From NCBI GenBank assembly GCA_964367095.1, contig CAYIXE010000001.1, positions 2,803-66,802 on the forward strand: a DNA stretch of 64,000 bases, read 5' to 3'. Shown piece by piece: positions 38,489 through 49,134 of the stretch; positions within the stretch are counted from its first letter, which is position 1; every line of letters starts with the position of its first letter. Source of the DNA: an uncultured Gammaproteobacteria bacterium. GTDB taxonomy: Bacteria > Patescibacteriota > Microgenomatia > UBA10105 > UBA927. The translations under genes and the position numbers were made by a program. The notes beneath the pieces are model-generated. The model was given only the letters and a program-made list of their open reading frames with translations. It did not search any database and was not told where the DNA came from.

Positions 38489-40122
38489 AATCCATCCATA
38501 AAATACTCTTTACCCTCATCATCCTCTTTGCTTCTTTTTTACGACTGTATGATCTCTCAAGTATTCCGGCGGGCGTTAATAGGGATGAAGCAAGTATAGG
38601 ATATACCGCGTACTCAATCCTTCAAACTGGAAAAGATGAATATGGAAAGCGGTTGCCCCTCTCGTTTGAATCATTTGGAGATTGGAAGCTTCCATTATAT
38701 ATATATACAACTATCCCTTTTGTGAAGGTTTTAGGCCTTACAGAGTTGAGCGTCAGGCTTCCCTCCGCACTCGCCGGCATATTCACCATTGGCGCATTAT
38801 TTGCACTGGTGCGCGTCTTGTTTGCAAACATCCCGCTTGCTCTTCTTTCTTCATTTATCTTAAGCATCATGCCATGGCATATACATATATCGCGGGTTGA
38901 AAGTGAATCAAACATCGCAATACTTTTCGTGACCCTTGCAACAATCTTGTTTTTAAAAGCTCTTACGTACAAACGTACGATATTTCTTACAATATCAGGC
39001 GTTCTTTTTGCACTTACCTACTACACCTATCATGGAAATCATATATTTACGACACTCTTTGCTTTAGGGCTTATTTTCCTGTACCGAGATGAAGTATTTC
39101 GCATTCCAAAATGGTTTGTGAGCGCGGGGGTATCTTTAGCACTTGTCGCGATAATCTTATCGTTTACACTCTTTAGTGCTAATAAAACAAAAATATCCGG
39201 TATAGGAATATTTGGCGATCCGACAATTGTTCATACAAAAATTGAACTTGTTCGCCTATCCCACGCCAACCCGTCCGCATTATTTTCGAGGCTGTTGCAT
39301 AACAAGCCCATATACGCACTTTCTACCATAACGCAAAATTATCTCAAATCATATTCACCTGAATTTCTTTTTATCACGGGCGGCAAAAATCATGCTCACA
39401 ACATACAAGGGTATGGAAATATGCATCCTATAGAAAGCATCTTTCTTCTCTTGGGTCTATGCTTTGTCCTGACCCAAATAAAAAAGAAAAAATATTTACT
39501 CATCCTTTGGTGGCTACTTGCAGCTGGAGTCGCTCCAGCAATTACCAAAGACGCGCCACACTCCAATCGCATGTTTGCCGTGGTTCCCGCACTATCTATT
39601 CTTGTGGCCCTCGGTATCCAGCAAGCGCAAACTTTCATTCAAGGAAATAAGAAATTGCTTTTCTCTGTCATCGTTGGTTTTCTCTACGCTTGGTCGCTTT
39701 TAGTGTATAAAGACGCATACTTTATTCACTTTCCCTACGAAGAAGCTCAATATTGGGGCTCAAGCTACAAACAACTCTCTGTCATCGTGAATAAACCTGA
39801 GTACAAAGATAAAAATATTATTATTTCTACTCCTCAAGAGTCTCCCTATATTTATATGCTCTTTTATGGAAACTATGTTCCAGCGCTTTATCAAAAACAG
39901 GCGATACGATATCCAATCTCTTCCGACGGATTTACCGATGTGAAAGCGTTTGGAAGATTCACATTTCGCGCTATTGATTGGGGCAGCGATATCAATTTAC
40001 CAAACACACTTTTGATCACAAAAGCCAACGAAGCACCATCATCTTTATCGTCTAAAATAGTCAATACTATCTCTCTACCAAATGGGCAAGCTCACTTTGT
40101 TGTCATTGATACCAATAAATAA
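38485..40122 (+). CDS. PMT_2 / GT39-like GT-C glycosyltransferase (4 of 5)
   Basis: NRDEASIGYTAYSILQTGKDEYGKRLPLSFESFGDWKLP...VRLPSALAG. ATG at 38485 is preceded by an AAGGAAG SD and overlaps the upstream stop (ATGA). Confidence 0.65.
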   Translation: MKSIHKILFTLIILFASFLRLYDLSSIPAGVNRDEASIGYTAYSILQTGKDEYGKRLPLSFESFGDWKLPLYIYTTIPFVKVLGLTELSVRLPSALAGIFTIGALFALVRVLFANIPLALLSSFILSIMPWHIHISRVESESNIAILFVTLATILFLKALTYKRTIFLTISGVLFALTYYTYHGNHIFTTLFALGLIFLYRDEVFRIPKWFVSAGVSLALVAIILSFTLFSANKTKISGIGIFGDPTIVHTKIELVRLSHANPSALFSRLLHNKPIYALSTITQNYLKSYSPEFLFITGGKNHAHNIQGYGNMHPIESIFLLLGLCFVLTQIKKKKYLLILWWLLAAGVAPAITKDAPHSNRMFAVVPALSILVALGIQQAQTFIQGNKKLLFSVIVGFLYAWSLLVYKDAYFIHFPYEEAQYWGSSYKQLSVIVNKPEYKDKNIIISTPQESPYIYMLFYGNYVPALYQKQAIRYPISSDGFTDVKAFGRFTFRAIDWGSDINLPNTLLITKANEAPSSLSSKIVNTISLPNGQAHFVVIDTNK

Positions 40123-40125
40123 TTA

Positions 40126-41796
40126 ATGAACCGAACGAAACAAACATTTTTTGCACTTTTTGCAGTCTTAGTACTCGGATCTTTTTTACGTTTCTTTCAC
40201 CTCACGACAGTCCCTCCTTCACTCTCACACGACGAAGTAGCAATCGCGTATAACGCATACTCAATACTTAAAACCGGCAAGGATGAATACGGCAAGCCGT
40301 ACCCATTACTTTTCCGATCTTTTGATGATTACAAATTATCAGGTATGGTGTATGCAAGCATCCCTGCAGTAGCACTCTTTGGTAAAACCGCTATGGGCGC
40401 GCGCTTTACTTCAGCTTTTTTGGGGTCACTTACCATACTCTTCGTCTATCTATTAGTCGTTGAGCTGATGGCAAATAATCAGTCGCGCTCGGGCTATCGG
40501 CAGATCCATAATCCGCATCTTTATGCCTTAACATCCGCTTTTTTCTTTGTTATATCCCCATGGCACATAAACTTTTCCCGACAATTATTTGAATCAAATG
40601 GTGCACTCTTTTTCATCACACTCGCAACATATTTATTACTAAAGTCACAAAAAACTATTTACTTTCTCATGCTCTCATCATTCCTTTTTGGAATATCCGT
40701 TTACTTTTATTATTCTGTCCGACTTGTAATCCCATTTATCATCCTTGCATATTTTCTCGTTAATAAAAAACAACTACTCTTAAACAAAACCATAGTAATC
40801 ATATCGGCAATCATATTTCTTATAAGCGTCTTCCCTGTGGCAAGACTCATGTTTTCCAAAGAAGGACTTGAACGAGTAAACATAGTAAGTCTTGTGAACG
40901 ACCCAAATTATTATAAATGGAAGGATATATTCATACAGCGGTATGCAAAAAATCAAAACATACTCAATAAAATATTTTTTAACCAAAAAACAGCGCTTGT
41001 TATGACCGCTTTTGATAATTACTGGAAAAATATGTCACCGCTTCATGTTTTTTCTAATGGCACAACAACGTACGGATTACAGCACCCGTTTGAAATCCCC
41101 TTTATTTTTATCGGCATTCTCTTTTTGGTAACGTATCCTAATCCTTTTAAATGGGTATTGATCGCTTGGTTTGCTGCGGCATTTTTGCCGGGAGCCCTGA
41201 GTACCAATCAACCCAATGCGCTTAGAACACTTCTGGGGAGTCCATTTCTCTCGATATGCTCAGGAATAGGAGCTGTTGAGCTATTTTTTTCAGTGAAAAA
41301 AAGCAAACGTTTTCGATTCGGCATCGTACCATTTGGTCTGCTTTTCATCTTTTTCTTCTACGCGTTTTATCAGTCTTATTTCATCGTCAATCCTACACGC
41401 AATTCTCTCGCATTTGCCGACGGCTACGAACAGATGATCAGCTACGTCAAATCCCATGAGACACAATATGATCGAGTCGTCATCTCCGGCTACTATTGGC
41501 GACCCTATATTTTTATGCTTTATTGGGGAGACACCGATTCTACGCTCTTTCAACGTGAAGGCACAAGAAGCGGATGGGGCAAATATGTATTTACCGGAGC
41601 CGAGTGGGATAAAAACGAAATCTTTCTTAAAGACCCTTTATACGACCCCAAACAACTCATGGGTAAAGCATCTGATAAAACGCTGTTTATACTTGCCTCT
41701 CCTGAATATGAAAATAATCTCCAACGCTACAAACTTATCGAAAAAATATCCGGAAGACACGCTCCGTCAGTATTTGTGGCAGTTTTAGCAACGTAA
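40126..41796 (+). CDS. PMT_2 / GT39-like GT-C glycosyltransferase (5 of 5)
   Basis: SHDEVAIAYNAYSILKTGKDEYGKPYPLLFRSFDDYKLS. Confidence 0.65.
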   Translation: MNRTKQTFFALFAVLVLGSFLRFFHLTTVPPSLSHDEVAIAYNAYSILKTGKDEYGKPYPLLFRSFDDYKLSGMVYASIPAVALFGKTAMGARFTSAFLGSLTILFVYLLVVELMANNQSRSGYRQIHNPHLYALTSAFFFVISPWHINFSRQLFESNGALFFITLATYLLLKSQKTIYFLMLSSFLFGISVYFYYSVRLVIPFIILAYFLVNKKQLLLNKTIVIISAIIFLISVFPVARLMFSKEGLERVNIVSLVNDPNYYKWKDIFIQRYAKNQNILNKIFFNQKTALVMTAFDNYWKNMSPLHVFSNGTTTYGLQHPFEIPFIFIGILFLVTYPNPFKWVLIAWFAAAFLPGALSTNQPNALRTLLGSPFLSICSGIGAVELFFSVKKSKRFRFGIVPFGLLFIFFFYAFYQSYFIVNPTRNSLAFADGYEQMISYVKSHETQYDRVVISGYYWRPYIFMLYWGDTDSTLFQREGTRSGWGKYVFTGAEWDKNEIFLKDPLYDPKQLMGKASDKTLFILASPEYENNLQRYKLIEKISGRHAPSVFVAVLAT

Positions 41797-41810
41797 ATTA
41801 CGTTTCACGA

Positions 41811-42680
41811 TTACCCACGTCTTTTTTGAGCAATAACGACCATATTATCCATCATAGGAATATACACAGGCAGCCGGGCAAGGAAAGTGTTACCAATCAA
41901 CGTATAAAGAAATGCTGCCAGCTTACTCTCCCCCGTAGTTCTACCAAGATGCAACACATATCCTAAACTTAACCACTTGCCGATCCTATACCATTTCATG
42001 GGCTTTAAACCTGCCTTGTGAAGGGCAACAGTCATATTTTCGCGATTAAAAAAGAACAAATGCTGGGGAGGGATAAAAAATGTCCATCGACGCCCAAAAA
42101 TCTTTGCGGCAAAACTTTTCGCATCTCCTGTGGCGATAATCATGACCCCATCATCCGCAAGATAATTTGTAAGTTGTTTCATATCGCCAATTGGATCGGA
42201 TAAATGTTCAAATACATCAAATAGGCTAATCACATCAAATGATTTCGCCTTGTATAAAACCTCTGTAATCAACCCTTGTTTAATTCGTTTGTCTCCAACA
42301 AGTTTTTTTGCTTCCGAAACGGCGTGTTCTGACGCGTCAAATCCATAAGCCTCATATCCATTCTGTACAGCAAGCTCTACCGCATACCCATACGCACATC
42401 CCACATCAAGAAACATGCCTGTTGATTTTTGTGATTTGATGAATCGCAAAAATTTCAAAAGATTTTTTGTGATGTACGCTTTATCTCTCCCATAATCAGC
42501 ATACGCACTTCTTGTAGGGTCACCGGTAAAGTAACCTCGAGAATAATGTTTGTGAACAAATGATTGGTATTTTTCGAGAAGATCAGTCCGAATTAACCCG
42601 CAGTGCGTACACTTATACAAGTCGTACCCATTTTTATGAAGATACATATCTGTCGGTGAACCGCAAAGATAGCACTTCAT
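41811..42680 (-). CDS. SAM-dependent methyltransferase with N-terminal zinc-ribbon (CxxC...CxxC)
   Basis: MKCYLCGSP...YKCTHCGLIRTD N-terminus. FLDVGCAYGYAVELAVQNGYEAYGFD motif I. ISLFDVFEHL. Confidence 0.65.
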   Translation of the reverse strand: MKCYLCGSPTDMYLHKNGYDLYKCTHCGLIRTDLLEKYQSFVHKHYSRGYFTGDPTRSAYADYGRDKAYITKNLLKFLRFIKSQKSTGMFLDVGCAYGYAVELAVQNGYEAYGFDASEHAVSEAKKLVGDKRIKQGLITEVLYKAKSFDVISLFDVFEHLSDPIGDMKQLTNYLADDGVMIIATGDAKSFAAKIFGRRWTFFIPPQHLFFFNRENMTVALHKAGLKPMKWYRIGKWLSLGYVLHLGRTTGESKLAAFLYTLIGNTFLARLPVYIPMMDNMVVIAQKRRG

Positions 42681-43600
42681 ATGCGTAGAGAGAGCTCACC
42701 ATCAGTACGAGTCCATAGCTGCATCGCCTTTTTACGCGACGAAAGAACATGCGGCAATTGAAATACCGCGTCAATAAATCCCACAATCATCATAAAATCT
42801 CCTCGAAATAAAGACTGAAATAATCGGATTGGCGTCCAAACCATATAAGAAAATAGTATACGCGAATCAGAGAGATTCTTCCATATAAAGAAAAACTGAT
42901 TACGATATGCTATCCGATTCACATCAAAAGTTGAATAACTTGTTTTTATCTTTCCCTCATCATGAAAATGTCCGACAATACTTTTCGGTTCAAATAACGT
43001 TTGAAACCCAGCCTTTCTTGCTGTATACGAAAGATCTATATCTTCCCAATAAAAGGGATTGTACAACGTGTCCATGCCGCCAATTTCATCCCACATCGAC
43101 TTTCTGTACGCCCCACTCCCGCCGGACACCCATGCCGTCTTTCCCTTAGTCACATTGGCTTTACTGTGAATGAAATATCCTTTTTCCCACCATGCCAGCC
43201 CCCTCCCGCGTTCTACAATGCCCTCTTTCTCATGACTTCTCTCTAAGCATCCTACTGCAAATACGCTCGGGTCATCAAAATGCGGCAAGAGTGCATCCAA
43301 AAAATTCTTCGTCGGCCGCACATCAGTATTTAATAAAACTACAATATCGCCTGCAGCGCGTGCCACACAACTATTGACGTTTCCGGAAAATCCTTGCTGT
43401 TTTCTGTTTATAACAACATTCACATCAGGAAATTTTTCCTTTAGCATCAAAACTGAGCCATCAGTCGATGCATCATCAGCGACTATAATCTCAGCACCAT
43501 GGGACGCAAGAATAACTTCGTCAAGATTCTTTAGAAGTAATGCCTCCCCATTCCAGTTAGGCAAGACGATACTGACACTATATTTTCCTATTTTTTTCAT
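42677..43600 (-). CDS. GT2 glycosyltransferase
   Basis: VSIVLPNWNGEALL...IIVADDASTDGS...GFSGNVNSCVARAAGDIVVLLNTDVRP. Confidence 0.7.
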   Translation of the reverse strand: MKKIGKYSVSIVLPNWNGEALLLKNLDEVILASHGAEIIVADDASTDGSVLMLKEKFPDVNVVINRKQQGFSGNVNSCVARAAGDIVVLLNTDVRPTKNFLDALLPHFDDPSVFAVGCLERSHEKEGIVERGRGLAWWEKGYFIHSKANVTKGKTAWVSGGSGAYRKSMWDEIGGMDTLYNPFYWEDIDLSYTARKAGFQTLFEPKSIVGHFHDEGKIKTSYSTFDVNRIAYRNQFFFIWKNLSDSRILFSYMVWTPIRLFQSLFRGDFMMIVGFIDAVFQLPHVLSSRKKAMQLWTRTDGELSLRI

Positions 43601-43609
43601 AAACGTATA

Positions 43610-45775
43610 TTACAACGGTCTAAACGATAATTTTACCGTATGCTCTCCTTTTGGCACCTCTATTGCTTGAAATAAAGTGTTGGTTCTTTTAACTGGCGTA
43701 CTTTTGCCGTCAACCAATGCATGCCAACCCGTATCGTATCTATTAAGGATTACCAAAAGTCGCGTGGTATATGAAACTGTGTTTATTATTAACGCATTAT
43801 CAGAGTAGTACTCAATAGAGGCAAACTCACTTTTTAATGCTATTGGCTCTGTCACATCCTCAATGGGGGCAAGATATACTCGATTCAAGCCTTTATTGTA
43901 TTGATACACTTTTGTTTCACCTTCTTCAAACACTTTCACAAAATCAGGATTATTTATCTCAACGAATGACAATACGTATCGGATATTTAAATATGGAAGT
44001 TTTGGATTAGTAAGATCATGAAGGGTGAATATCCGCTGAAGTGCTGTTGTTTGAGAATTATCTCCATAGAGAAATGATCGATAATCATTAGGATATAGCG
44101 GATCATATCCTTCAATACTCTCTATCCCAAAGTAGCCGCTGGTGTTTGGCGGCAGAATCCTATCATCCATGCTCATGACGCGAAATGGCTTTTTCTGCGC
44201 TTGTAAAAATGAAATTGTTTTCGTCAGCGGAAAAAAATATTCTCTTGGATTAAATGGTGTAAATTTCCAACCAAATCGAAACAAATCAAGAATAGAAAGC
44301 AAAATAATTATTGCGATAAACACACGCCCATCCAACCTCTTGACCAACCTTTTAATCCAAAGTAACCCTCCAAAACCAATCAATAATACAAGAGGGACCA
44401 TAAGATTGCGCTTTGCAACCGCAAGATTTGTAAGCATTAAAGTATCATTTGTGGTGCTTCTGATAACCAATACACCTATAAGGATAATTAAAAATACTAT
44501 TGAAATAATGCTATACGATCTCATCAATCTTGAAAGCTTCTTTGTAAACAACGCCTCAAGACCAAACGCCGCCAAGATGGAAAGCGACAAATCAACGAGT
44601 ACCAATAACCTTGTCGGTTGTAATGACGAAAAAATTGGGATACTCATACTGTAGATCGCATGAGTCACTGGACTCTCAATCATCAAGATGAGGGAAGCGA
44701 TCAAAACGACGCTCCAAAATGTCGCTACCCCTCCCAAAAAAATGGAAGAGACTGCCAAGACAAGCGGAACAATTCCTATATATCCTATGAATTCACCATA
44801 ATTCCATACGCCCCAATAATTAAGTGTCGCCGGATTTCCAAAAAAATCAGGTGCAATAAACTGCACTAAATGTTGCACAGGCAACAACCAGCCAGGTATG
44901 TTTGACAGATCAACAGGTATTGATCGTGCAGTCTCAAGATAAAATCGTGCGAAAGGCACCCATACGACTGACGATGTAAGAAATGCTACTGCAAGCGATA
45001 CGATGATATGTGTTATGAGACGTGTTCGCCCTGCTATACCCCAAAAGCGATACATTCCATACAAAAGTGCTACAAAAAATCCATAGAGCGCAATCTGCAC
45101 ATGCCCTGAAACAATCAATAATGCACCCGATAATCCGAGCCATACAGAAGAAACAATGATGCGAAACCATGACGTTTTTTTATCCTCAAGAAGTATTTTC
45201 GACTTATCAATCCTATAAAGAAGCAGAGGAATAAGACCTGCTGTCCATACAATAGTTCCCCATGTAAGCCACGCTATTGAGAATCCGCAAAATGTCCATA
45301 CGACCGCACCAAAATATGCACTCGTTTGCGACAGTTTCAAATTACCAAGATACAGATATAAAAATAATGCCCCAAAAAATGACTGCACTATAATAACGAG
45401 AATCCACGCGACGGGAAAGTCAAAAAATCTAAAAAGAACATTTGCAGGTTGATACGCGCCAGCTTGAATGTTTGCCGCAAGTGGTGTTCCCAAAAATGAA
45501 TACGGATTCCATCCCGGCATCTCGCCTTTATTCCATTGGTCCATTGCTATTTTTCGCCATGGAATTTGCTGACGCACAGGATCAGTGATAAGAAAGTTTT
45601 TAAACGGTACGCCTCTTGGGTTTTTTGTAGCATACAAATCGCGCCATGGATGAAAGAGACCGACAAGCGTATCTGTAGGGCTGGGAATAAATCCATAAAA
45701 AACACTTTTATAAAAAAATCCTACCACCGTCAGAATAATAATGCTTATTGGAAGTAAGAATAAAAGTCGTTTCAT
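43610..45775 (-). CDS. YfhO-family GT-C glycosyltransferase (long form, 721 aa)
   Basis: PSPTDTLVGLFHPWRD...IPWRKIAMDQWNKGEMPGWNPYSFLGTPLAANIQAGAYQP. C-terminal YDTGWHALVDGKSTPVKR...VPKGEHTVKLSFRP. Confidence 0.55.
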   Translation of the reverse strand: MKRLLFLLPISIIILTVVGFFYKSVFYGFIPSPTDTLVGLFHPWRDLYATKNPRGVPFKNFLITDPVRQQIPWRKIAMDQWNKGEMPGWNPYSFLGTPLAANIQAGAYQPANVLFRFFDFPVAWILVIIVQSFFGALFLYLYLGNLKLSQTSAYFGAVVWTFCGFSIAWLTWGTIVWTAGLIPLLLYRIDKSKILLEDKKTSWFRIIVSSVWLGLSGALLIVSGHVQIALYGFFVALLYGMYRFWGIAGRTRLITHIIVSLAVAFLTSSVVWVPFARFYLETARSIPVDLSNIPGWLLPVQHLVQFIAPDFFGNPATLNYWGVWNYGEFIGYIGIVPLVLAVSSIFLGGVATFWSVVLIASLILMIESPVTHAIYSMSIPIFSSLQPTRLLVLVDLSLSILAAFGLEALFTKKLSRLMRSYSIISIVFLIILIGVLVIRSTTNDTLMLTNLAVAKRNLMVPLVLLIGFGGLLWIKRLVKRLDGRVFIAIIILLSILDLFRFGWKFTPFNPREYFFPLTKTISFLQAQKKPFRVMSMDDRILPPNTSGYFGIESIEGYDPLYPNDYRSFLYGDNSQTTALQRIFTLHDLTNPKLPYLNIRYVLSFVEINNPDFVKVFEEGETKVYQYNKGLNRVYLAPIEDVTEPIALKSEFASIEYYSDNALIINTVSYTTRLLVILNRYDTGWHALVDGKSTPVKRTNTLFQAIEVPKGEHTVKLSFRPL

Positions 45776-46827
45776 ATAGTTTTATAACAAATCCTATCAA
45801 GAAGTTTGTCAAAAGCTATGGTAAACACATCTCTTCCATATGCATGACTTGAATTGAGGGCCTCACTCGATAATCGTGTAAATAATGCCGAATCTTCAAT
45901 TATCCGGAGCGTCTTGTCACAAAGCTCCCCCAACGTATTCCACAACATCCCGTTTTCATTATCCCGTACAATCTCAACTTGCCCGCCGCCTTGATACACG
46001 ATAGGAATAATTCCAGCGCTCATGGCTTCAACAGTCGAAATGCCAAAGTGTTCCATAAATTGCGGATCATTCTCTCCAAAACCAGCCGCGTGCCAATAAA
46101 GAGAAGCTTTTTTATATAACAAAAGAATTTCTGCATGAGAAATATTTGGCAGTAAAGAAATAGCATGACCTACAATCTTCTTCTGCAGGCTATCAAAATA
46201 CTCTTGATCACTCTTAAGAAGCCCTCCCGCCAACACAAGTCGCCACCCGTTAAGTTTTGACTCTATAGCAATAAATGCATCGATGAGTTCTGCCTGTTTT
46301 TTTGCCGTATGAACACTCGTAAATCGTCCGATGGAAAGAATTATCTTTGATTTCTTTGTACTTGAAGTCTTTAATATCCTATCTACCGGCGGATAGATTA
46401 CCGTGACCTTCGAGCGCAATTTCGCATCGAGATTATTTTTCGTAAAGAGCGAATTACATACGATTGCGTTCATACGAGACATATGGAGTTTCGTCGTAGC
46501 AACGACGCTAAATGGTACTTGAAAATGTAAAATATTATATTTTGCAAGTGAGAAAGGAATACTGCCATCACTCAGGAAAAAAATAAGATCATACTCTTTC
46601 GTTTTTATGGCTTTTAAAAGTGCGTTTTTGCCAGAAAAAATATTAGGTACGACCGAAATGCGCGATAAATCAAGTCCAAATCTATCCTCACTTTTTTTCA
46701 CTATCGAAAAATCATCCCAAAAAATAGACACGTCGTTATTTTTTGACCAATGACTGGCAAGTGTTAACGTGTAGCGTTCCCCACCACCAAAACCATCAAG
46801 GTATGGATTATAAAAGCCTATTTTCAT
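45772..46827 (-). CDS. GT4 (GT-B fold) glycosyltransferase
   Basis: KIGFYNPYLDGFGGGERY N-terminus. FGISTVEAMSAGIIPIV C-terminal E-x7-E-like region. Confidence 0.65.
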   Translation of the reverse strand: MKIGFYNPYLDGFGGGERYTLTLASHWSKNNDVSIFWDDFSIVKKSEDRFGLDLSRISVVPNIFSGKNALLKAIKTKEYDLIFFLSDGSIPFSLAKYNILHFQVPFSVVATTKLHMSRMNAIVCNSLFTKNNLDAKLRSKVTVIYPPVDRILKTSSTKKSKIILSIGRFTSVHTAKKQAELIDAFIAIESKLNGWRLVLAGGLLKSDQEYFDSLQKKIVGHAISLLPNISHAEILLLYKKASLYWHAAGFGENDPQFMEHFGISTVEAMSAGIIPIVYQGGGQVEIVRDNENGMLWNTLGELCDKTLRIIEDSALFTRLSSEALNSSHAYGRDVFTIAFDKLLDRICYKTI

Positions 46828-49129
46828 ATTTTTTTACAAACAACGATCCTAATGCTATCGTCAATAATGACACAAAGCCCACGATAATTCCCCATCGAAA
46901 ACTTTTCGGTTGATACCGAAAGATGACCGTGTGTTCGCCTGAAGGGACTGCGACTGCCCGAAACGTATAGTCAGCACGTTGAATCGGTGTACTTTTGCCA
47001 TCAACCGTTGCTTTCCACCCGGTGTCATACGTATCAGACAAAAATAAAAGCTTTGCGCCATCGCTTTTTGTCTTTATGACTACCTCTTCGGGATCATACG
47101 ATATGATTGTTGCCTCACCTGTGCCAATCTCTGGCTCGATAATGGGTTTGTCTTCCAGTAATATAGTATCGCGTCCGTCTATAGTATCTGAAAACATCAT
47201 CTGCAATAATTCCAATTTATCGCGTACTATCTTATAGCTTGAAGCTAAGAACGTCCTAGGATACGCTTTTTTATTTTCAAATAACTCGTAGGTCTCATCT
47301 TTAAAGATAGACTGATATTGCGGATACTCCCAAAACGGATACGCCCATGCAAACCTGCCGTCACTGAATTTATGAAGATAGAATCGTACACCCAGTAACT
47401 CAAGAGTGCTTTGCGTATAGGGCCCGTGTTTATCGAGGATAACTACCGACCGCGAAGGTACATTCATTTTGCCATTTGAGAGAAACGATACGAATTCCCC
47501 GTATCGTCTTTTATACATGGCATCATATCCTTCCAAAGAAGGAACGTGATACATGCCGCCTAGCTCATTGCCATAATTACCAACGACTCTTGAGGCCGAA
47601 GTTTTAAGCATTTCATCAAGCTTTTTGGTGATTGCCATAGATGGATACAAAAATTCTTTCTCTTCAAACGGCATCCATTTAGCGGCAAATCTGACCACAT
47701 CAAACATCGTTATACATAAAAGAATCCATAAAAGCCATACTCTTTTTCTTTTATCGATAACCCGACCGATTAAAAATACTGCGCTCGAGATCAAAAGGAT
47801 AACGCTTGGTAGTAGTGAATTTCGTACCGCTATAGTAAGTTTATCGGTGAGTAGCGGATGAAAAAAATAAAGAATAATCCAAAACGATGTTAAAAATACC
47901 CCAAAACCCAATACAAAGAATACGACCGTACGCTTCTTTTTTTCTTCCCACAAAAACGATAACGCGTCTGCGCCATATGCTGATAGGACTGCTAATGCAA
48001 AGCTCACCAAAAGAATAATCCGTGAAGCGGAACTAGTCGATAATACAGGTATATGAGCTCTATACATAAGGTCGGTAAGTAATGTGGGGGTTGCCAACAA
48101 TAACGAAAACGAAAAAAGACCGGTAAAAAACCATTTACTGGACTTTTTTACGGTCAATGCGATACATGAGAGCAAAAGAGGCACAACACCTATAAATCCC
48201 GCCCACTCTGCGTAATGCCCGAACCAATCATTACGGGTGACCGGATTACCATAAAAATCAGGTGCAAAAAAAGTAATCAAGTAGGACCACGGAATAATTT
48301 CCCCTTTAGAAAACGTTGTACTTCGAACTGATTGAATATATGCGTCATAGGTGATAAAAAGCTGAGGACTTGCCAAAAGTACTCCGAGGACCACAAATAC
48401 TGCAAGATAGAAAGCACGTGCATACCTTCTTGTCACGATGCCGCGATAAAGAAGGTAAAAAATAGTACCCATCAAGACATATATGCTCGTTTGGAAATGT
48501 CCGGAGACCAAAGAAAACCAAATAGCCAAAGACATGAGGGGAAACGCCCACCATTTTTTATCGTTTATCACTTTATTGACACTATAAAAACAAAGCGGGA
48601 GAAAAATGGCAGCAAAGCCGAGTGTTTGATATGCCATCCATGTGACGAGAAATCCGCAAAACATAAACGCCAATGATCCGATGATCCGTCCCTCCCTGGA
48701 TATCTTCTCGCTTGTTAAAAACAAATACATAAATAATCCAGCCAGAAGCGGCTGAAGCAGTACGCTGATACTCCATGCTATGGGCTGCGAAAGAATAAAA
48801 TATAATAAGTTTATCGGAGAAAACACCGCGGTTTGATAGTTTGCGGCATGTACAGTACCTGAAAAACTATACGGGTTCCATAAAGGAACCTTGCCTCGCT
48901 TCCAACTCTCAATAGTAATATTTTTCCATGGATAAATTTGGGTAATCACATCGGGCATTGAGCCGCTTTTGACCGGCATACCATATTGAGTACTCCACGG
49001 AGCAAATGTCGTCACAAGGTAACGAGTCGGAAACGGAAGTAGCCCTTTCACAAAAAAGGGCGATGAAAATATACCCCATGCCGCGATGATAATCAGTACT
49101 CCCCAATGTCTGATAAACATTTTTTTCAT
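46808..49129 (-). CDS. YfhO-family GT-C glycosyltransferase (long form, 773 aa)
   Basis: LPFPTRYLVTTFAPWSTQ...YPWKNITIESWKRGKVPLWNPYSFSGTVHAANYQTAVFSP. C-terminal YDTGWKATVDGKSTPIQR...VPSGEHTVIFRYQP. Confidence 0.55.
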   Translation of the reverse strand: MKKMFIRHWGVLIIIAAWGIFSSPFFVKGLLPFPTRYLVTTFAPWSTQYGMPVKSGSMPDVITQIYPWKNITIESWKRGKVPLWNPYSFSGTVHAANYQTAVFSPINLLYFILSQPIAWSISVLLQPLLAGLFMYLFLTSEKISREGRIIGSLAFMFCGFLVTWMAYQTLGFAAIFLPLCFYSVNKVINDKKWWAFPLMSLAIWFSLVSGHFQTSIYVLMGTIFYLLYRGIVTRRYARAFYLAVFVVLGVLLASPQLFITYDAYIQSVRSTTFSKGEIIPWSYLITFFAPDFYGNPVTRNDWFGHYAEWAGFIGVVPLLLSCIALTVKKSSKWFFTGLFSFSLLLATPTLLTDLMYRAHIPVLSTSSASRIILLVSFALAVLSAYGADALSFLWEEKKKRTVVFFVLGFGVFLTSFWIILYFFHPLLTDKLTIAVRNSLLPSVILLISSAVFLIGRVIDKRKRVWLLWILLCITMFDVVRFAAKWMPFEEKEFLYPSMAITKKLDEMLKTSASRVVGNYGNELGGMYHVPSLEGYDAMYKRRYGEFVSFLSNGKMNVPSRSVVILDKHGPYTQSTLELLGVRFYLHKFSDGRFAWAYPFWEYPQYQSIFKDETYELFENKKAYPRTFLASSYKIVRDKLELLQMMFSDTIDGRDTILLEDKPIIEPEIGTGEATIISYDPEEVVIKTKSDGAKLLFLSDTYDTGWKATVDGKSTPIQRADYTFRAVAVPSGEHTVIFRYQPKSFRWGIIVGFVSLLTIALGSLFVKKYENRLL

Positions 49130-49134
49130 ATTTG

